Positions 1 through 9,080 of a stretch of 64,000 nucleotides of DNA are shown here, one piece after another (the stretch's first letter is position 1; the number at the start of each line of letters is the position of its first letter). The notes below the pieces were generated by a model that made no database searches, had not been told where the DNA came from, and was given only the letters and a program-made list of their open reading frames with translations. The translations under genes and the position numbers were made by a program. Location: NCBI GenBank assembly GCA_965223855.1, contig CBDCXM010000009.1, positions 2,560,001 to 2,624,000 on the forward strand, in the 5' to 3' direction. This stretch comes from Candidatus Multivoradales bacterium. GTDB taxonomy: Bacteria > Acidobacteriota > Thermoanaerobaculia > Multivoradales > JAHEKO01.

Positions 1-450
1 CCCAGGTCTCACCTGCCGTTCCTCGCTGCCGAGGAGGAATTCGAGGTCGAGCGCCTCGGTGACCGCATCGTTCCCGCGCCCTCGACCTACGCCCGCTACG
101 ACCGACTGACCGCGGTAGTGACGTCGCTCCACGCCGACGGCACGGCTCGTCTCTATCGGGCCGTTCGGCCGTTGCTCGACGAGGCCTATCGCAACCTCGG
201 CTACCCGGACGGTTCGTTCGACGACGTCGCCGCCCGAGCGGTCAGAGTGCTGCTGGAGACTCCGATCGTCGAAGATCCGGAACTCGTCGAGTTCGCCTCG
301 AGCTACAAGTACGCCGACCCCGCGCTCGAGGGGCTCGATCCCGCGCAGGGGCACTTTCTGCGCTTCGGTCCGGACAATCTGCGGGCGATCCAGGCGCGGG
401 TGCGTCAGATCGCTCGCCGGGCCGGCATCGAAGTGCCGGCAGAGCGCTGA
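1..450 (+). CDS. DUF3014 family protein (5'-truncated by window edge)
   Basis: Frame open from base 1; motifs 'PRSHLPFL', 'YARYD', 'PLLDEAYRNLGYP', 'YKYADPALEGL', 'LRFGPDN' typical of DUF3014. Confidence 0.75.
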   Translation, partial: PRSHLPFLAAEEEFEVERLGDRIVPAPSTYARYDRLTAVVTSLHADGTARLYRAVRPLLDEAYRNLGYPDGSFDDVAARAVRVLLETPIVEDPELVEFASSYKYADPALEGLDPAQGHFLRFGPDNLRAIQARVRQIARRAGIEVPAER

Positions 451-464
451 CGCAGGCTGCGCGC

Positions 465-1115
465 TCAGCGCAGCAGGAAGCCGCCCCGGCGAGCCCACCG
501 GGCCAGGAGCGCGTGCGTCGGCAGGTAGAGAACCAGCGGATAGAGGACGATGCAGGCGAGGACCCAGCCGGCCGGGGGCAGCAGCGTCTGCTCGATGCCG
601 AACGGTCGGTAGATCCAATTGAGATTGAGCTCGGGATCGGTCAGCAGGCAGGCGGGAAGCAGAACGGCGGTGATCGCCGCCTGGAGCCTCCATCCTCTCG
701 GATCGTAGCCGCGGCGGCGCACCGCCCAGAGAACGAGGAGCGGCACCCAGACGTGGAAGGTCGACAGCGCTCGGACCAGCACGGCCTCCGCCGGGTCGAA
801 CATGTACTCCGTGCCGCCGATCGGGTGAAAGCCCATCAGGATCCGACCCAGCACGTCGAGGATCCAGACGCACTGGATGATGAGAATGCCGGTGGCCTGC
901 GAGGAGAAGAGCAGCGCCGAGCCACTCCACACGGCCAGTAGCAGCACGAAGTTGGCCACGTCGCAAAGCCACAGGAAGTTCGCGGGGCCGACGATCTGGA
1001 AGATGGTCGTCGTCCATACGATCATCCACGCGGTGTAGCCGTAGCGAATCCAGGCCGGAATCGCTCCCGGTGTGAAGCGCGGCCCTCCGGCCTCGTCCGA
1101 CGTTCCGCCCGTCAC
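465..1115 (-). CDS. Conserved integral membrane protein, unknown function
   Basis: About 6 hydrophobic segments, motifs 'GPANFLWLCD', 'GGTEYMFD', 'NLNW'; GTG start at 1115 chosen because the longer ORF overlaps the upstream gene. Confidence 0.7.
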   Translation of the reverse strand: MTGGTSDEAGGPRFTPGAIPAWIRYGYTAWMIVWTTTIFQIVGPANFLWLCDVANFVLLLAVWSGSALLFSSQATGILIIQCVWILDVLGRILMGFHPIGGTEYMFDPAEAVLVRALSTFHVWVPLLVLWAVRRRGYDPRGWRLQAAITAVLLPACLLTDPELNLNWIYRPFGIEQTLLPPAGWVLACIVLYPLVLYLPTHALLARWARRGGFLLR

Positions 1116-1122
1116 TTCGCCG

Positions 1123-1437
1123 TCACTCCGCCCGCTCGTCGAGCTCGTCGACGACCCTTCGGATGGCGCGGAGCTTCTCGAGCTGACCGAGCCGGAATCC
1201 GGAGTGCACGGCGACGGCGAGAATGCCGAGGGTGAAGACGGTCTGGGGCGTTGCGCCCACGGCCAGCTGCGGTCCGGCGTCGCCATGGAGCGCCACGAGG
1301 ACGACGATCGCGGCCCAGTCGAAGCCGATGACCCACCGGCATCGCCGTATCGCCGCGTCTAGAGCCTCGCTCCCTTCGGAACGCAGCCCACCCACGTCCT
1401 CGAGGAGGATCGATCGCACGGCGCGGAGTCGCAGCAT
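1123..1437 (-). CDS. Small two-TM hypothetical protein
   Basis: 104 aa, two hydrophobic helices, TAGGCT-N8-ATG upstream, fills the gap between co-oriented genes. Confidence 0.6.
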   Translation of the reverse strand: MLRLRAVRSILLEDVGGLRSEGSEALDAAIRRCRWVIGFDWAAIVVLVALHGDAGPQLAVGATPQTVFTLGILAVAVHSGFRLGQLEKLRAIRRVVDELDERAE

Positions 1438-1448
1438 TGCGGGCGAGC

Positions 1449-2189
1449 CTACCGGACTCGAAGCCCGTTCGAGGTCAGAGTCGCGGCTACCGGTCCCAGG
1501 TCGGGCCTCTTGCAGTCGACTTCGAGGTCGAGCGAGCCGCCGTCGTCGATGAGGTCGCCGCCTGCGAGGAGAGCCATGGCGGTCAGGGGCTCGTCGCAGT
1601 CGACCGGGACCGAGGCGACGGCGAGTCGGGCGAGTGCTGCCTCGTCGAGGCGCTGGCGGCTGACGGCGAGGGCGATCCCGTCAAGGTCGCGCGCATCGAT
1701 ACCGGCCTCGCGAAGGTGCTCTTCGGTGATGCAGTCGCCGGCGTCACCGTCCAGGGCATAGGCGGTCTCGAGCCCCAACGGGTCGAAGGAGGTCGTCGCC
1801 AGCCCGTGGCGCCCCAGCAGGCGAAGAGTCGCCGGAGCGACGAGTACCGGCAGCAGTCGGGGTCCGTGGATCTTGAGACTGAGGGTTCCCTCGAGCCTCC
1901 CGAGCGGCCGCGTGGCGAGCGATCGAAGGGCCGCGACGATGCGGGCGTGCGGGAGGTCGCGGAGGCGCAGCACAGACGGCTCCTCGATCCGCAGTCGCGC
2001 CTCTTCCCCGAACGAGAGCTCGAGCGCGGAATTCCGTGATCGGACCGCTCCGCCGCCTTCCTTGACGGCAGCGCTGACGGCGGCGAAGAACTCGAGCCGC
2101 CTGCGTGCGGCGCGCCGCCGCAGCAGCTCGACGGCGACGGCGACGACCAGCACGGTCAGCGCGAGGACGCCGATGCCGGCTGGGCTCAT
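1449..2189 (-). CDS. Hypothetical protein with N-terminal membrane anchor
   Basis: True start MSPAGIGVLALTVLVVAVAVELLRRR lies within the 896-aa shadow ORF; begins 17 nt after the antiporter stop. Confidence 0.55.
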   Translation of the reverse strand: MSPAGIGVLALTVLVVAVAVELLRRRAARRRLEFFAAVSAAVKEGGGAVRSRNSALELSFGEEARLRIEEPSVLRLRDLPHARIVAALRSLATRPLGRLEGTLSLKIHGPRLLPVLVAPATLRLLGRHGLATTSFDPLGLETAYALDGDAGDCITEEHLREAGIDARDLDGIALAVSRQRLDEAALARLAVASVPVDCDEPLTAMALLAGGDLIDDGGSLDLEVDCKRPDLGPVAATLTSNGLRVR

Positions 2190-2206
2190 CGCGGACCGTC
2201 CGAGCG

Positions 2207-4087
2207 TCAGGCGGGAGCGATCGGTTCGGTGTCGGAGGCGGGGCTCATGTCGTGCGCCTCGAGCCAGGCGCTCGCCTCGGCATGGGTGCGCTCGATCACC
2301 GCGACCCACAGAAGCTCCCCCTTCTTGAGGCGGGTGCGGTCGTCGAACAGCCGGCGGCGCTCGTCGCTGCCGCAGGTCAGCGGCAGGATGAGGTCGCGAG
2401 GATCGGTCGTGTCGCCTTCCTCGCGCTTCATCGGGTCGGTCTCGCGGTCGGCCTTCCAGATCTGAAGCGTCGCGTCCCCGCGGGCGAAGCGCGTCGACCA
2501 GTGGTCGATCGTCCGCGGAGCGCCGAAGAGCACTCGTGCCTCCAACTCGTGCAACATCGCCTCGTGGACGCTCTCGTGCCCTCTCCTCAGGGCGATCCAC
2601 AGGCGCGGCATCTTGAATCGATCCCTGGCGTGTCGGGCGAAGAGAAAGTTGATCTCCTCGTTTGGCGTCACCGCGATACAACCTGCTCTCGACTCGATCT
2701 GCGCGCGTGCCATCACGCTTTCCTTGAGGGCGTTGCCAAAGAGCACCCGGAAGCCCTCGGCCTCGGCCGCTTTGCAGGCATCGGGGTTCGAGTCGAGGAA
2801 CAGCACTTCGTGGCGCGGTGAGCGCAGCAACCTTCCGATCTGTCGACCGATCGGGCCGGCCCCGAGGATGACGTAGCCGGAGTTCGAGGGCAGTCGGAGA
2901 CCGAGCAGTCTGGCGATGCCGCCGCCGGTGAGTCCCTGGAGGAGCACCGTGCACGCGATCACCAGGAAGACGAGCGCCCGGAGCTGGGAGGCTTCTGCAA
3001 CACCGTGCTCCGCGAGCCGCTCGGCGAAGAGGGAGGCGATCGCCGCCGCGACGATGCCGCGCGGCGCGATCCAGGAGAGAAACGCCTTCTCCTTGAGGGA
3101 GACCGTCGACCGCAGCGTCGACGCGGCGACGTTCAGCGGCCTTACGAGGAACATGAGAGCTGCGACCGTGGCGAGCCCCCGCCATCCGAGCTGCTCCACC
3201 TCCTCGATGCGCACGTCGGCGGCCAGGAGTACGAAGAGCATGCCGATCAGCAGGGTCGAGAGCTCTTCCTTGAACTCGCGCAGGTCGTCGAGCGCCCGGG
3301 TGCGGATGTTGCCGACCACGAGGCCCGCCAGGGTGATGGAGACCAGGCCGCTTTCGGACAGCACTTCGTTGCTGAACTGAAAGACGAGCAGTACCGCCGC
3401 CAGGATGAGCATCTTCTCGAGCCCTTCCGGGATCGTCCGGTGGAGCTTGAGCAGGCCGCCGATGAGGAAGCCGAAGGCGACCCCGATCACCGCGCCGAAG
3501 GCGAAACGCAGGAACAGTTCTTCGAAGGCGTGGCCGAGGCCGACCTCGGCGAGCGCGACCTCGAGGGCGACGACCGCCAGGATGGCGCCGACGGCGTCGA
3601 TCAGCACCCCTTCCGCTTCGAGGATCGTCGAGACCCGCCGCTGCACCCTGAGTCGCCGCATCAGCGGGTTGACGACCGTGGGCCCGGTCACGATGACGAG
3701 GCTGCCGAAGAGAATCGCGAGACGCCACGGCCAGCCCATGATCCAGTGGGCCGCCAGTGCCCCGCCCGCCCAGGTGACGAGTGCACCGATCGTGATCAGC
3801 CCGCGGATGCTGGTCGCCGATCTTCGGACGCGCTTGAGATCGAGGCTCATGCCGCCGTCGAAGAGAATCACTGCGACCGCGAAGCCGACGAGCATCTCGA
3901 GGAGCTCTCCCAGCAGGCCGGGCCGGACTACATTGGCGCCGTCGGGGCCCAGGAGAACTCCGGTTCCCAGCAGGAGGACGATACCCGGCAGGCGGAGGTG
4001 ACGCGCCAGGGCATGAGCCACCATGCCGGCAGCCAGGGCGAGCGAAAGGGTGAGCGCGGAGGAGTCCAGATCGACGGGCCAGTGCAT
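2207..4087 (-). CDS. Cation:proton antiporter (CPA1/NhaP-like) with C-terminal TrkA-N (RCK) domain
   Basis: Many TM helices; 'VTGPTVV', 'EAEGVLID', 'WIAPRGIVAAA' CPA1 motifs; 'ILGAGPIG' Rossmann motif; start set at MHWPV. Confidence 0.88.
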   Translation of the reverse strand: MHWPVDLDSSALTLSLALAAGMVAHALARHLRLPGIVLLLGTGVLLGPDGANVVRPGLLGELLEMLVGFAVAVILFDGGMSLDLKRVRRSATSIRGLITIGALVTWAGGALAAHWIMGWPWRLAILFGSLVIVTGPTVVNPLMRRLRVQRRVSTILEAEGVLIDAVGAILAVVALEVALAEVGLGHAFEELFLRFAFGAVIGVAFGFLIGGLLKLHRTIPEGLEKMLILAAVLLVFQFSNEVLSESGLVSITLAGLVVGNIRTRALDDLREFKEELSTLLIGMLFVLLAADVRIEEVEQLGWRGLATVAALMFLVRPLNVAASTLRSTVSLKEKAFLSWIAPRGIVAAAIASLFAERLAEHGVAEASQLRALVFLVIACTVLLQGLTGGGIARLLGLRLPSNSGYVILGAGPIGRQIGRLLRSPRHEVLFLDSNPDACKAAEAEGFRVLFGNALKESVMARAQIESRAGCIAVTPNEEINFLFARHARDRFKMPRLWIALRRGHESVHEAMLHELEARVLFGAPRTIDHWSTRFARGDATLQIWKADRETDPMKREEGDTTDPRDLILPLTCGSDERRRLFDDRTRLKKGELLWVAVIERTHAEASAWLEAHDMSPASDTEPIAPA

Positions 4088-4115
4088 GACGGTGCGGAGA
4101 ATACCGAAAAGTCGC

Positions 4116-4142
4116 TGAAACCTTTTTCCGGCAGAGCACGTC
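4116..4142 (+). promoter_or_regulatory. Putative ECF sigma (SigW-like) promoter
   Basis: TGAAAC-CTTTTT...-CGTC with 17-nt spacer, 40 nt upstream of ATG 4183. Confidence 0.45.
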
Positions 4143-4182
4143 GTTAGGGGCAGAGCGTCAACGAGAAACGAGGAGACCAACC

Positions 4183-4749
4183 ATGAAGCGCAATATCCCC
4201 CATCGCAGTTTCGTCCTCGCCGTCGGCCTGCTTCTGGCAGCCGGCGTCGCCACCGCCGACTCCGACCTGTGGCTGCACGTCAAGGTCGACGAGGCGGGCG
4301 GAGCCAACGTCGTCGTCAACCTGCCGATCAGCCTGGTCGAGAAGGCGCTGCCGATGATTCCGGTCGACGAATGGAACGACGGCCACATCCACTTCGACGG
4401 CGACGTCGATTGGACGCTTTCCGACTTCCGGGAGCTCTGGTTCGAAGTGCGGGACGCCCCGGACATGACCTTCGTTACCGTCAAAGACCGCGGCGACGAC
4501 GTCAGGGTTTGGAAGGAAGACGGTTACCTGCGTGTGCGGGTGCTCGAGGACGACGGCCGGGATGCCGAAGTCAACGTCCAGATTCCCGCACGGGTGGTGG
4601 ACGCGCTGCTCAGCGGTGACGACAACCAGGTCAATGTGCGGGCGGCGATCGAAGCGCTGGTCGACGAGGGTGAGGGTGAGTTGGTGACCGTCAACGATTC
4701 CGACGACCGGGTGCGAGTCTGGGTCGATCGGATCGCGGAGGCGGAGTAA
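4183..4749 (+). CDS. Exported hypothetical protein
   Basis: GAGGAG RBS, Sec signal peptide (..AAGVATA), acidic beta-rich mature region with repeated 'VTVxDxxDxVRVW'. Confidence 0.8.
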   Translation: MKRNIPHRSFVLAVGLLLAAGVATADSDLWLHVKVDEAGGANVVVNLPISLVEKALPMIPVDEWNDGHIHFDGDVDWTLSDFRELWFEVRDAPDMTFVTVKDRGDDVRVWKEDGYLRVRVLEDDGRDAEVNVQIPARVVDALLSGDDNQVNVRAAIEALVDEGEGELVTVNDSDDRVRVWVDRIAEAE

Positions 4750-4752
4750 GCC

Positions 4753-5229
4753 ATGACCCGCGGACAACGATGGCTGACCTACGCCGCGGCGGCGTTCGCC
4801 GTCGTGGTGCTGGGCTGGGCGGCGATCTTCGCGACCGTCTATGTGCTCGGTGGGGTCGGAACCGTGAGCGTGGTGTCGCACGAAGACGACTTCCGATTCA
4901 AGGCACCGATCCCCATGGCACTCGTGCACGCAGCCGCCACGACGGCACGGAGCACCCAGGTCTTCTCGCTCGACGATCTCGAAGTGGAACTCCAAGGGGA
5001 GTTCGGCGATCTAGGCGAGTGGGGCGGGATGGTGGTCGAGATGCTCGAAGCTCTCGATGACGTTCCGAACGGCACCACCTTCGTCTCGGTTCAGGACGGC
5101 GACGACCGGGTAAGGGTGTCCAAGGAGCGCGGCAAGTTCCGTGTCGAGGTCGACAACCCCGACATCTCGGTGCGAGTCGCCGTGCCGACGAGAAGCGTGG
5201 TCCGGACCGTTTCTGCGCTCGTCGACTAG
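4753..5229 (+). CDS. Membrane-anchored hypothetical protein related to the upstream gene product
   Basis: N-terminal TM helix; 'FVSVQDGDDRVRV' motif shared with 4183..4749; 3-nt gap. Confidence 0.75.
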   Translation: MTRGQRWLTYAAAAFAVVVLGWAAIFATVYVLGGVGTVSVVSHEDDFRFKAPIPMALVHAAATTARSTQVFSLDDLEVELQGEFGDLGEWGGMVVEMLEALDDVPNGTTFVSVQDGDDRVRVSKERGKFRVEVDNPDISVRVAVPTRSVVRTVSALVD

Positions 5230-5264
5230 CGCACCCAGGGCGAATCCGGCCGGTGGCCGGAGAG

Positions 5265-5299
5265 CGGGCCGGGGCCTTCGGGCTCCGGCCCGTCTGTTT
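5265..5299 (+). terminator. Putative intrinsic terminator
   Basis: CGGGCCGGGGCC-TTCG-GGCTCCGGCCCG stem-loop followed by TCTGTTT. Confidence 0.5.
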
Positions 5300-5381
5300 C
5301 CGAGCCGAGCCACTGCCGTCGCGGGTCCTCCCGCGCTACACTCCTCGGCCTCCCGAGACGTCAGGTCTCCGGAGGCGCCTC

Positions 5382-5894
5382 ATGACCGTCCCGCTGCGCC
5401 AGCCGCTCGTTCACGAGCTCGAAGTCGAACTCTCGGTCACCCGCCCGCTCCTCGAGCGACTGCCGGGGGACCGGCTCGAGTTTCGCCCGCACGAGAAATC
5501 GATGTCGCTCGGCCGGCTGGCGACCCACATCGGCGAGTGCGCCAGGTACGGCTGGCAGGTGCTCGCTACCGAAAGTATCGACTCGGCATCGCCCGCCACG
5601 CCACGCCCTACGCTCGACAGCGTCGGCGACATCGTGACCGCGTTCGACCGAGAAGGTGCCGCGTTCGTCGCCGCCCTCGAGTCCGCTTCCGACGAGTTGC
5701 TCCTCGGCTCGTGGAGCTACCGCAAGGGGGAGCGGACGATCTTCGAGGTGCGACGTGTCGGCGCGTTGCGCCGCTTCGTTCTGAACCACCTGGTCCATCA
5801 TCGGGGCCAGCTCACCGTCTACCTCCGGCTGCTCGGAGTGGAACTGCCGCAGGTCTACGGACCTTCGGCGGACGATCGGGAGGGCTACGCGTGA
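5382..5894 (+). CDS. DinB/YfiT family protein
   Basis: 'FRPHEKSMSLGRLATHI' and 'NHLVHHRGQLTVYLR..G...P.VYGPSAD'; GGAGG RBS. Confidence 0.88.
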   Translation: MTVPLRQPLVHELEVELSVTRPLLERLPGDRLEFRPHEKSMSLGRLATHIGECARYGWQVLATESIDSASPATPRPTLDSVGDIVTAFDREGAAFVAALESASDELLLGSWSYRKGERTIFEVRRVGALRRFVLNHLVHHRGQLTVYLRLLGVELPQVYGPSADDREGYA

Positions 5895-6619
5895 GCGAGG
5901 CGCGTTTTCTGCTGCTTCAGGCGCGCCGGGAGGACGATCCGGAGAGGGACGGCGAGCGTCGCCTGTTCGCTCGCCGGATGGGAGCTCCGGAAGCTAGCGT
6001 GGTGGGGCACAACCTCCTCGAGGGGTTGCCGGAGTTGAGAGCCATTCGCGATTTCCAGGGACTTCTGATCGGCGGAAGCGGCGAGTACTACGTGACGAAG
6101 GAGAACCTGCCACGCCAGGAGGAGGTGCTCGATCTGCTGCGGGAAGCGGTCGAGGGACCGACACCGGTCTTCGCGTCGTGCTTCGGCTTTCACCTGCTGA
6201 CGGCCGCCCTGGGCGGCACGCTGCTGCACGATCCGGACAACATGGAGATCGGCACCTACGAACTGGAGTTGACCGGGGCGGGCGCGGCCGACGAGCTCTT
6301 CGGAGTTCTCCCTTCCCGCTTCTGGGCTCAGGTCGGGCGCAAGGACCGGGCCAGTGAGTTGCCCCCTGGGACCTCGAACTTCGCTCGCAGTGCCCTGTGC
6401 CCCAACCAGGGCTTTCGCTTCGGAGAGCGCCAGGTCTGGGCGAGCCAGTTTCATCCCGAGCTCGACGGCGAGACGAATCGCGGCCGCTACCTCGCCTATC
6501 TCGAGGGGTACGCCGAGATGATGTCGGAGCAGGAGCGGCGCGACGTGCTGGAACGTTTCCGCGACAGCCCCGAGACACCGCGGCTGCTGCGGCGGTTCTA
6601 CGAGATCGTCACGGACTGA
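5891..6619 (+). CDS. Class I glutamine amidotransferase-like protein
   Basis: 'LIGGSG', nucleophile 'ASCFGFH', 'QFHPE' triad; GTGA overlap with the DinB stop. Confidence 0.85.
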   Translation: MSEARFLLLQARREDDPERDGERRLFARRMGAPEASVVGHNLLEGLPELRAIRDFQGLLIGGSGEYYVTKENLPRQEEVLDLLREAVEGPTPVFASCFGFHLLTAALGGTLLHDPDNMEIGTYELELTGAGAADELFGVLPSRFWAQVGRKDRASELPPGTSNFARSALCPNQGFRFGERQVWASQFHPELDGETNRGRYLAYLEGYAEMMSEQERRDVLERFRDSPETPRLLRRFYEIVTD

Positions 6620-6807
6620 CGGCGCTCGTCGCCGTCAGCGCTCTCCGGGGGCAGAGACGAGAGGCACTCGTCGAAGTCTCGCGGCGAGCAGTCGAAGCCG
6701 AACCGGAGGTTCTGCGAGCGGCGTGAGGTCGTTCCGCCTCCGCCTGTAACAACGCCTCGAGCGAAGCGCCCGTTCTCACTGGTGGCCTGAAACACGAGGT
6801 CCTAGCC

Positions 6808-6978
6808 ATGAGCAACCTGAACATCGTCCTCGCCGTCTTCGCGATCCTGATCGGAGGGGTCCTCCTCCTCACGCCGAACGGGATCATCGTCATTGTCGAG
6901 AACCCCGCCCTCAGGATCGGTATCGGCGCGATCTCGGCAGTTCTGGGCGTGCTCGGGTTGCGAGCCTCCCGCCGATAG
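6808..6978 (+). CDS. 56-aa two-TM small membrane protein (absent from ORF track)
   Basis: Hand translation MSNLNIVLAVFAILIGGVLLLTPNGIIVIVENPALRIGIGAISAVLGVLGLRASRR; GAGGT 7 nt before ATG; GC3-rich codons. Confidence 0.65.
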   Translation: MSNLNIVLAVFAILIGGVLLLTPNGIIVIVENPALRIGIGAISAVLGVLGLRASRR

Positions 6979-6989
6979 CTCGCGCCCGG

Positions 6990-7022
6990 AAAGAAAAAGA
7001 GCCCCGCCGAAGCGGGGCTCTT
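6990..7022 (-). terminator. Intrinsic terminator of hup (possibly bidirectional)
   Basis: Minus strand GAGCCCCGC-TTCG-GCGGGGCTC-TTTTTCTTT. Confidence 0.85.
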
Positions 7023-7044
7023 CGAGTCTTCCGAGAAGGAGTGC

Positions 7045-7338
7045 TTACTCGGCGACGCGGTCCTTCAGACCCTTGCCGGCCTTGAAGAAGGGGTACTTCT
7101 TGGCGGCGATGGTGATCGTCGCGCCGGTCGCCGGGTTACGGCCCTGGCGAGCGGAGCGGCGCTTGGTCCCGAAGGTACCGAAGCCGAGGATCTGCACCTC
7201 GCGGCCCGCATCGAGCTCGACGGCGATGATGCCGTGACCGGGCTTCGTGTCGAAGATCGTCGCGACGACCTCCTGAGCCTTCGACTTGGAGAGGTCGCAC
7301 TTGCGGGCGAGCTTTTCGGCGAGTTCCTTCTTGTTCAT
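7045..7338 (-). CDS. hup: HU family DNA-binding protein
   Basis: 'MNKKEL', 'GFGTF', 'RSARQGRNPATG', 'FKAGKGLKD'; AAGGAG RBS. Confidence 0.95.
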   Translation of the reverse strand: MNKKELAEKLARKCDLSKSKAQEVVATIFDTKPGHGIIAVELDAGREVQILGFGTFGTKRRSARQGRNPATGATITIAAKKYPFFKAGKGLKDRVAE

Positions 7339-7491
7339 TCAGACTCCTTCCCCTGGAAAGGTTGGGACAAAGGTCCCGTTTGGTGGGATTCCACTGATGA
7401 GTGCGATGCGAACTGCATCTCGAAGATCACGTTCCGTCCCTCGGTGTGGAACGTGCGATCAGCATAGCACGGCAAATCGTCACGAAACCAG

Positions 7492-8214
7492 TCAGTGGCT
7501 GCCTTTTCGAGGTCTCTCGTCGAGGTCCGGCGGGCCGTGGAAGCGGCAGATTTCTTCCAGCGGCTTCTTGCCGATTCTCGGCACTTCGGCGTCGGCCGCC
7601 GGCAACCCCGTCACGAGGATCAGGAACGGCTTCTCGTGGCGCGGCCGGCCCAGGATGTCGTTGAGGAAGCGCATCGGAGCGGGTGTGTGGGTCAAAGTCG
7701 CCAGTCCCGCGTGGTGGAGCGCCGAGATGAGCATTCCGGTGGCGATGCCCACCGATTCGCTGACGTAGTAGTGCTTGAACTTCTCGCCTTCGGGGGTGAT
7801 CCCGTGGAGCTGCGCGAAGATCACGATCAGGTAGGGCGCGATCTCCAGAAACGGCTTGTTCTCGTCGGTGCCGAGCGGGGCGAGGGCGTCGAGCCACGCC
7901 TTGGGGGCGCGCTCGCGATAGAAGGTGCGCTCCTCCTCTTCGGCGGCCTCGCGGATGCGCGACTTGATCTCCGGGTCCGAGACGACGCTGAAGAACCACG
8001 GTTGCCGGTTGGCGCCGCTAGGCGCCGTCGCGGCGGCTTCGATCGAGCGTTGGATCACCTCTCGCTCGATCGGCTCGCTCGAGAAGTGACGCACCGTCCG
8101 CCGCCGACGCAGTTCGTCTCGCATCGCGGTCACCCGGACCAGGCGCTCCCCCGGCGGATACTGGCGAAAGCCGGTCAACGGCTCGAACTGTGGCTGCTTC
8201 ATGGTCGGTTTCAT
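7492..8214 (-). CDS. Nitroreductase-fold flavoprotein, iodotyrosine deiodinase-like
   Basis: 'RRRTVRHFS', '[11 protein letters not shown]', '[10 protein letters not shown]', '[18 protein letters not shown]', '[11 protein letters not shown]', 'LATLTHTP'; start 8214 or 8202. Confidence 0.85.
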   Translation of the reverse strand: MKPTMKQPQFEPLTGFRQYPPGERLVRVTAMRDELRRRRTVRHFSSEPIEREVIQRSIEAAATAPSGANRQPWFFSVVSDPEIKSRIREAAEEEERTFYRERAPKAWLDALAPLGTDENKPFLEIAPYLIVIFAQLHGITPEGEKFKHYYVSESVGIATGMLISALHHAGLATLTHTPAPMRFLNDILGRPRHEKPFLILVTGLPAADAEVPRIGKKPLEEICRFHGPPDLDERPRKGSH

Positions 8215-8303
8215 GGTGGGTGGCAAAGCTGGTGCTACGATCCGCCTCCGCGCGGCTTCGGCCGCATCCATGCGACCCCACCTGACTCTCCCGGAGGCTC
8301 CTC

Positions 8304-9023
8304 TTGAGCAAACTCGCACTCGCTAGTATCCCACTCGTTTTCGTCCTCGCAACCGCCTGTGGCGCCGGCCCGGCGGAGGACAGCGCCGCCGCGGAGGAAC
8401 CTCCGACCGACGACCAGGGCGCGGACGTCAGCTACTCGATCGGCTGGCAGACAGGTTCCGGTTTCCGTCAGCAGGGGGTCGAGATCGACGCCGATCTCTT
8501 CGTCGAGGGGCTGCGTCAGGCGCTGGCTGAGGGCGATCCGCGCTGGAGCGAGCAGGAGATGGTCGCAGCCCTGCAGAAGTTCCAGCAGGAGTTCATGGCG
8601 AAGCAGCAGGCTCGGATGGCCGAGATGGGCACCGCCAATGCCGCCGCCGGAAAGGCCTTCCTCGAGAACAACGCTACCCGCGACGGCGTGATGACCACGG
8701 CGAGCGGCCTGCAGTACGAGGTGATGAGCGCTACGGACGGAGCCAGGCCCACGGCGACCGATCGGGTGACCGTGCACTACCACGGCACGCTGATCGACGG
8801 CACGGTGTTCGACTCGAGCGTCGATCGAGGCACGCCGGCGACCTTCGGCCTCAATGGGGTCATTCGTGGCTGGACCGAGGGGTTGCAGCTCATGGGCGTC
8901 GGATCGAAGTACAAGTTCTACATCCCGGCGGAGCTCGCCTACGGTCCCGGAGGCCAGGGCAGGATCGGCCCGAACTCGACCCTGATCTTCGAGGTCGAGC
9001 TCCTCGGCATCGAGGGTCGCTGA
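8304..9023 (+). CDS. FKBP-type peptidyl-prolyl isomerase (FkpA/Mip-like), probable lipoprotein
   Basis: 'SYSIG', 'TASGLQYEV', '[16 protein letters not shown]', 'VIRGWTEGL', '[14 protein letters not shown]'; lipobox-like LATAC; TTG start with GGAGG. Confidence 0.93.
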   Translation: MSKLALASIPLVFVLATACGAGPAEDSAAAEEPPTDDQGADVSYSIGWQTGSGFRQQGVEIDADLFVEGLRQALAEGDPRWSEQEMVAALQKFQQEFMAKQQARMAEMGTANAAAGKAFLENNATRDGVMTTASGLQYEVMSATDGARPTATDRVTVHYHGTLIDGTVFDSSVDRGTPATFGLNGVIRGWTEGLQLMGVGSKYKFYIPAELAYGPGGQGRIGPNSTLIFEVELLGIEGR

Positions 9024-9080
9024 CGCGGGGCCCCCGGCCGGACTCCGATCGGGGTCCGGCCGCGGCAGCTCGCCCGTCTC

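Noticed and set aside
1449-4139. 896-aa minus-strand ORF
   Set aside because: The first ~650 aa are an Arg/Pro-rich off-frame shadow of the antiporter; only 1449..2189 looks like a real protein
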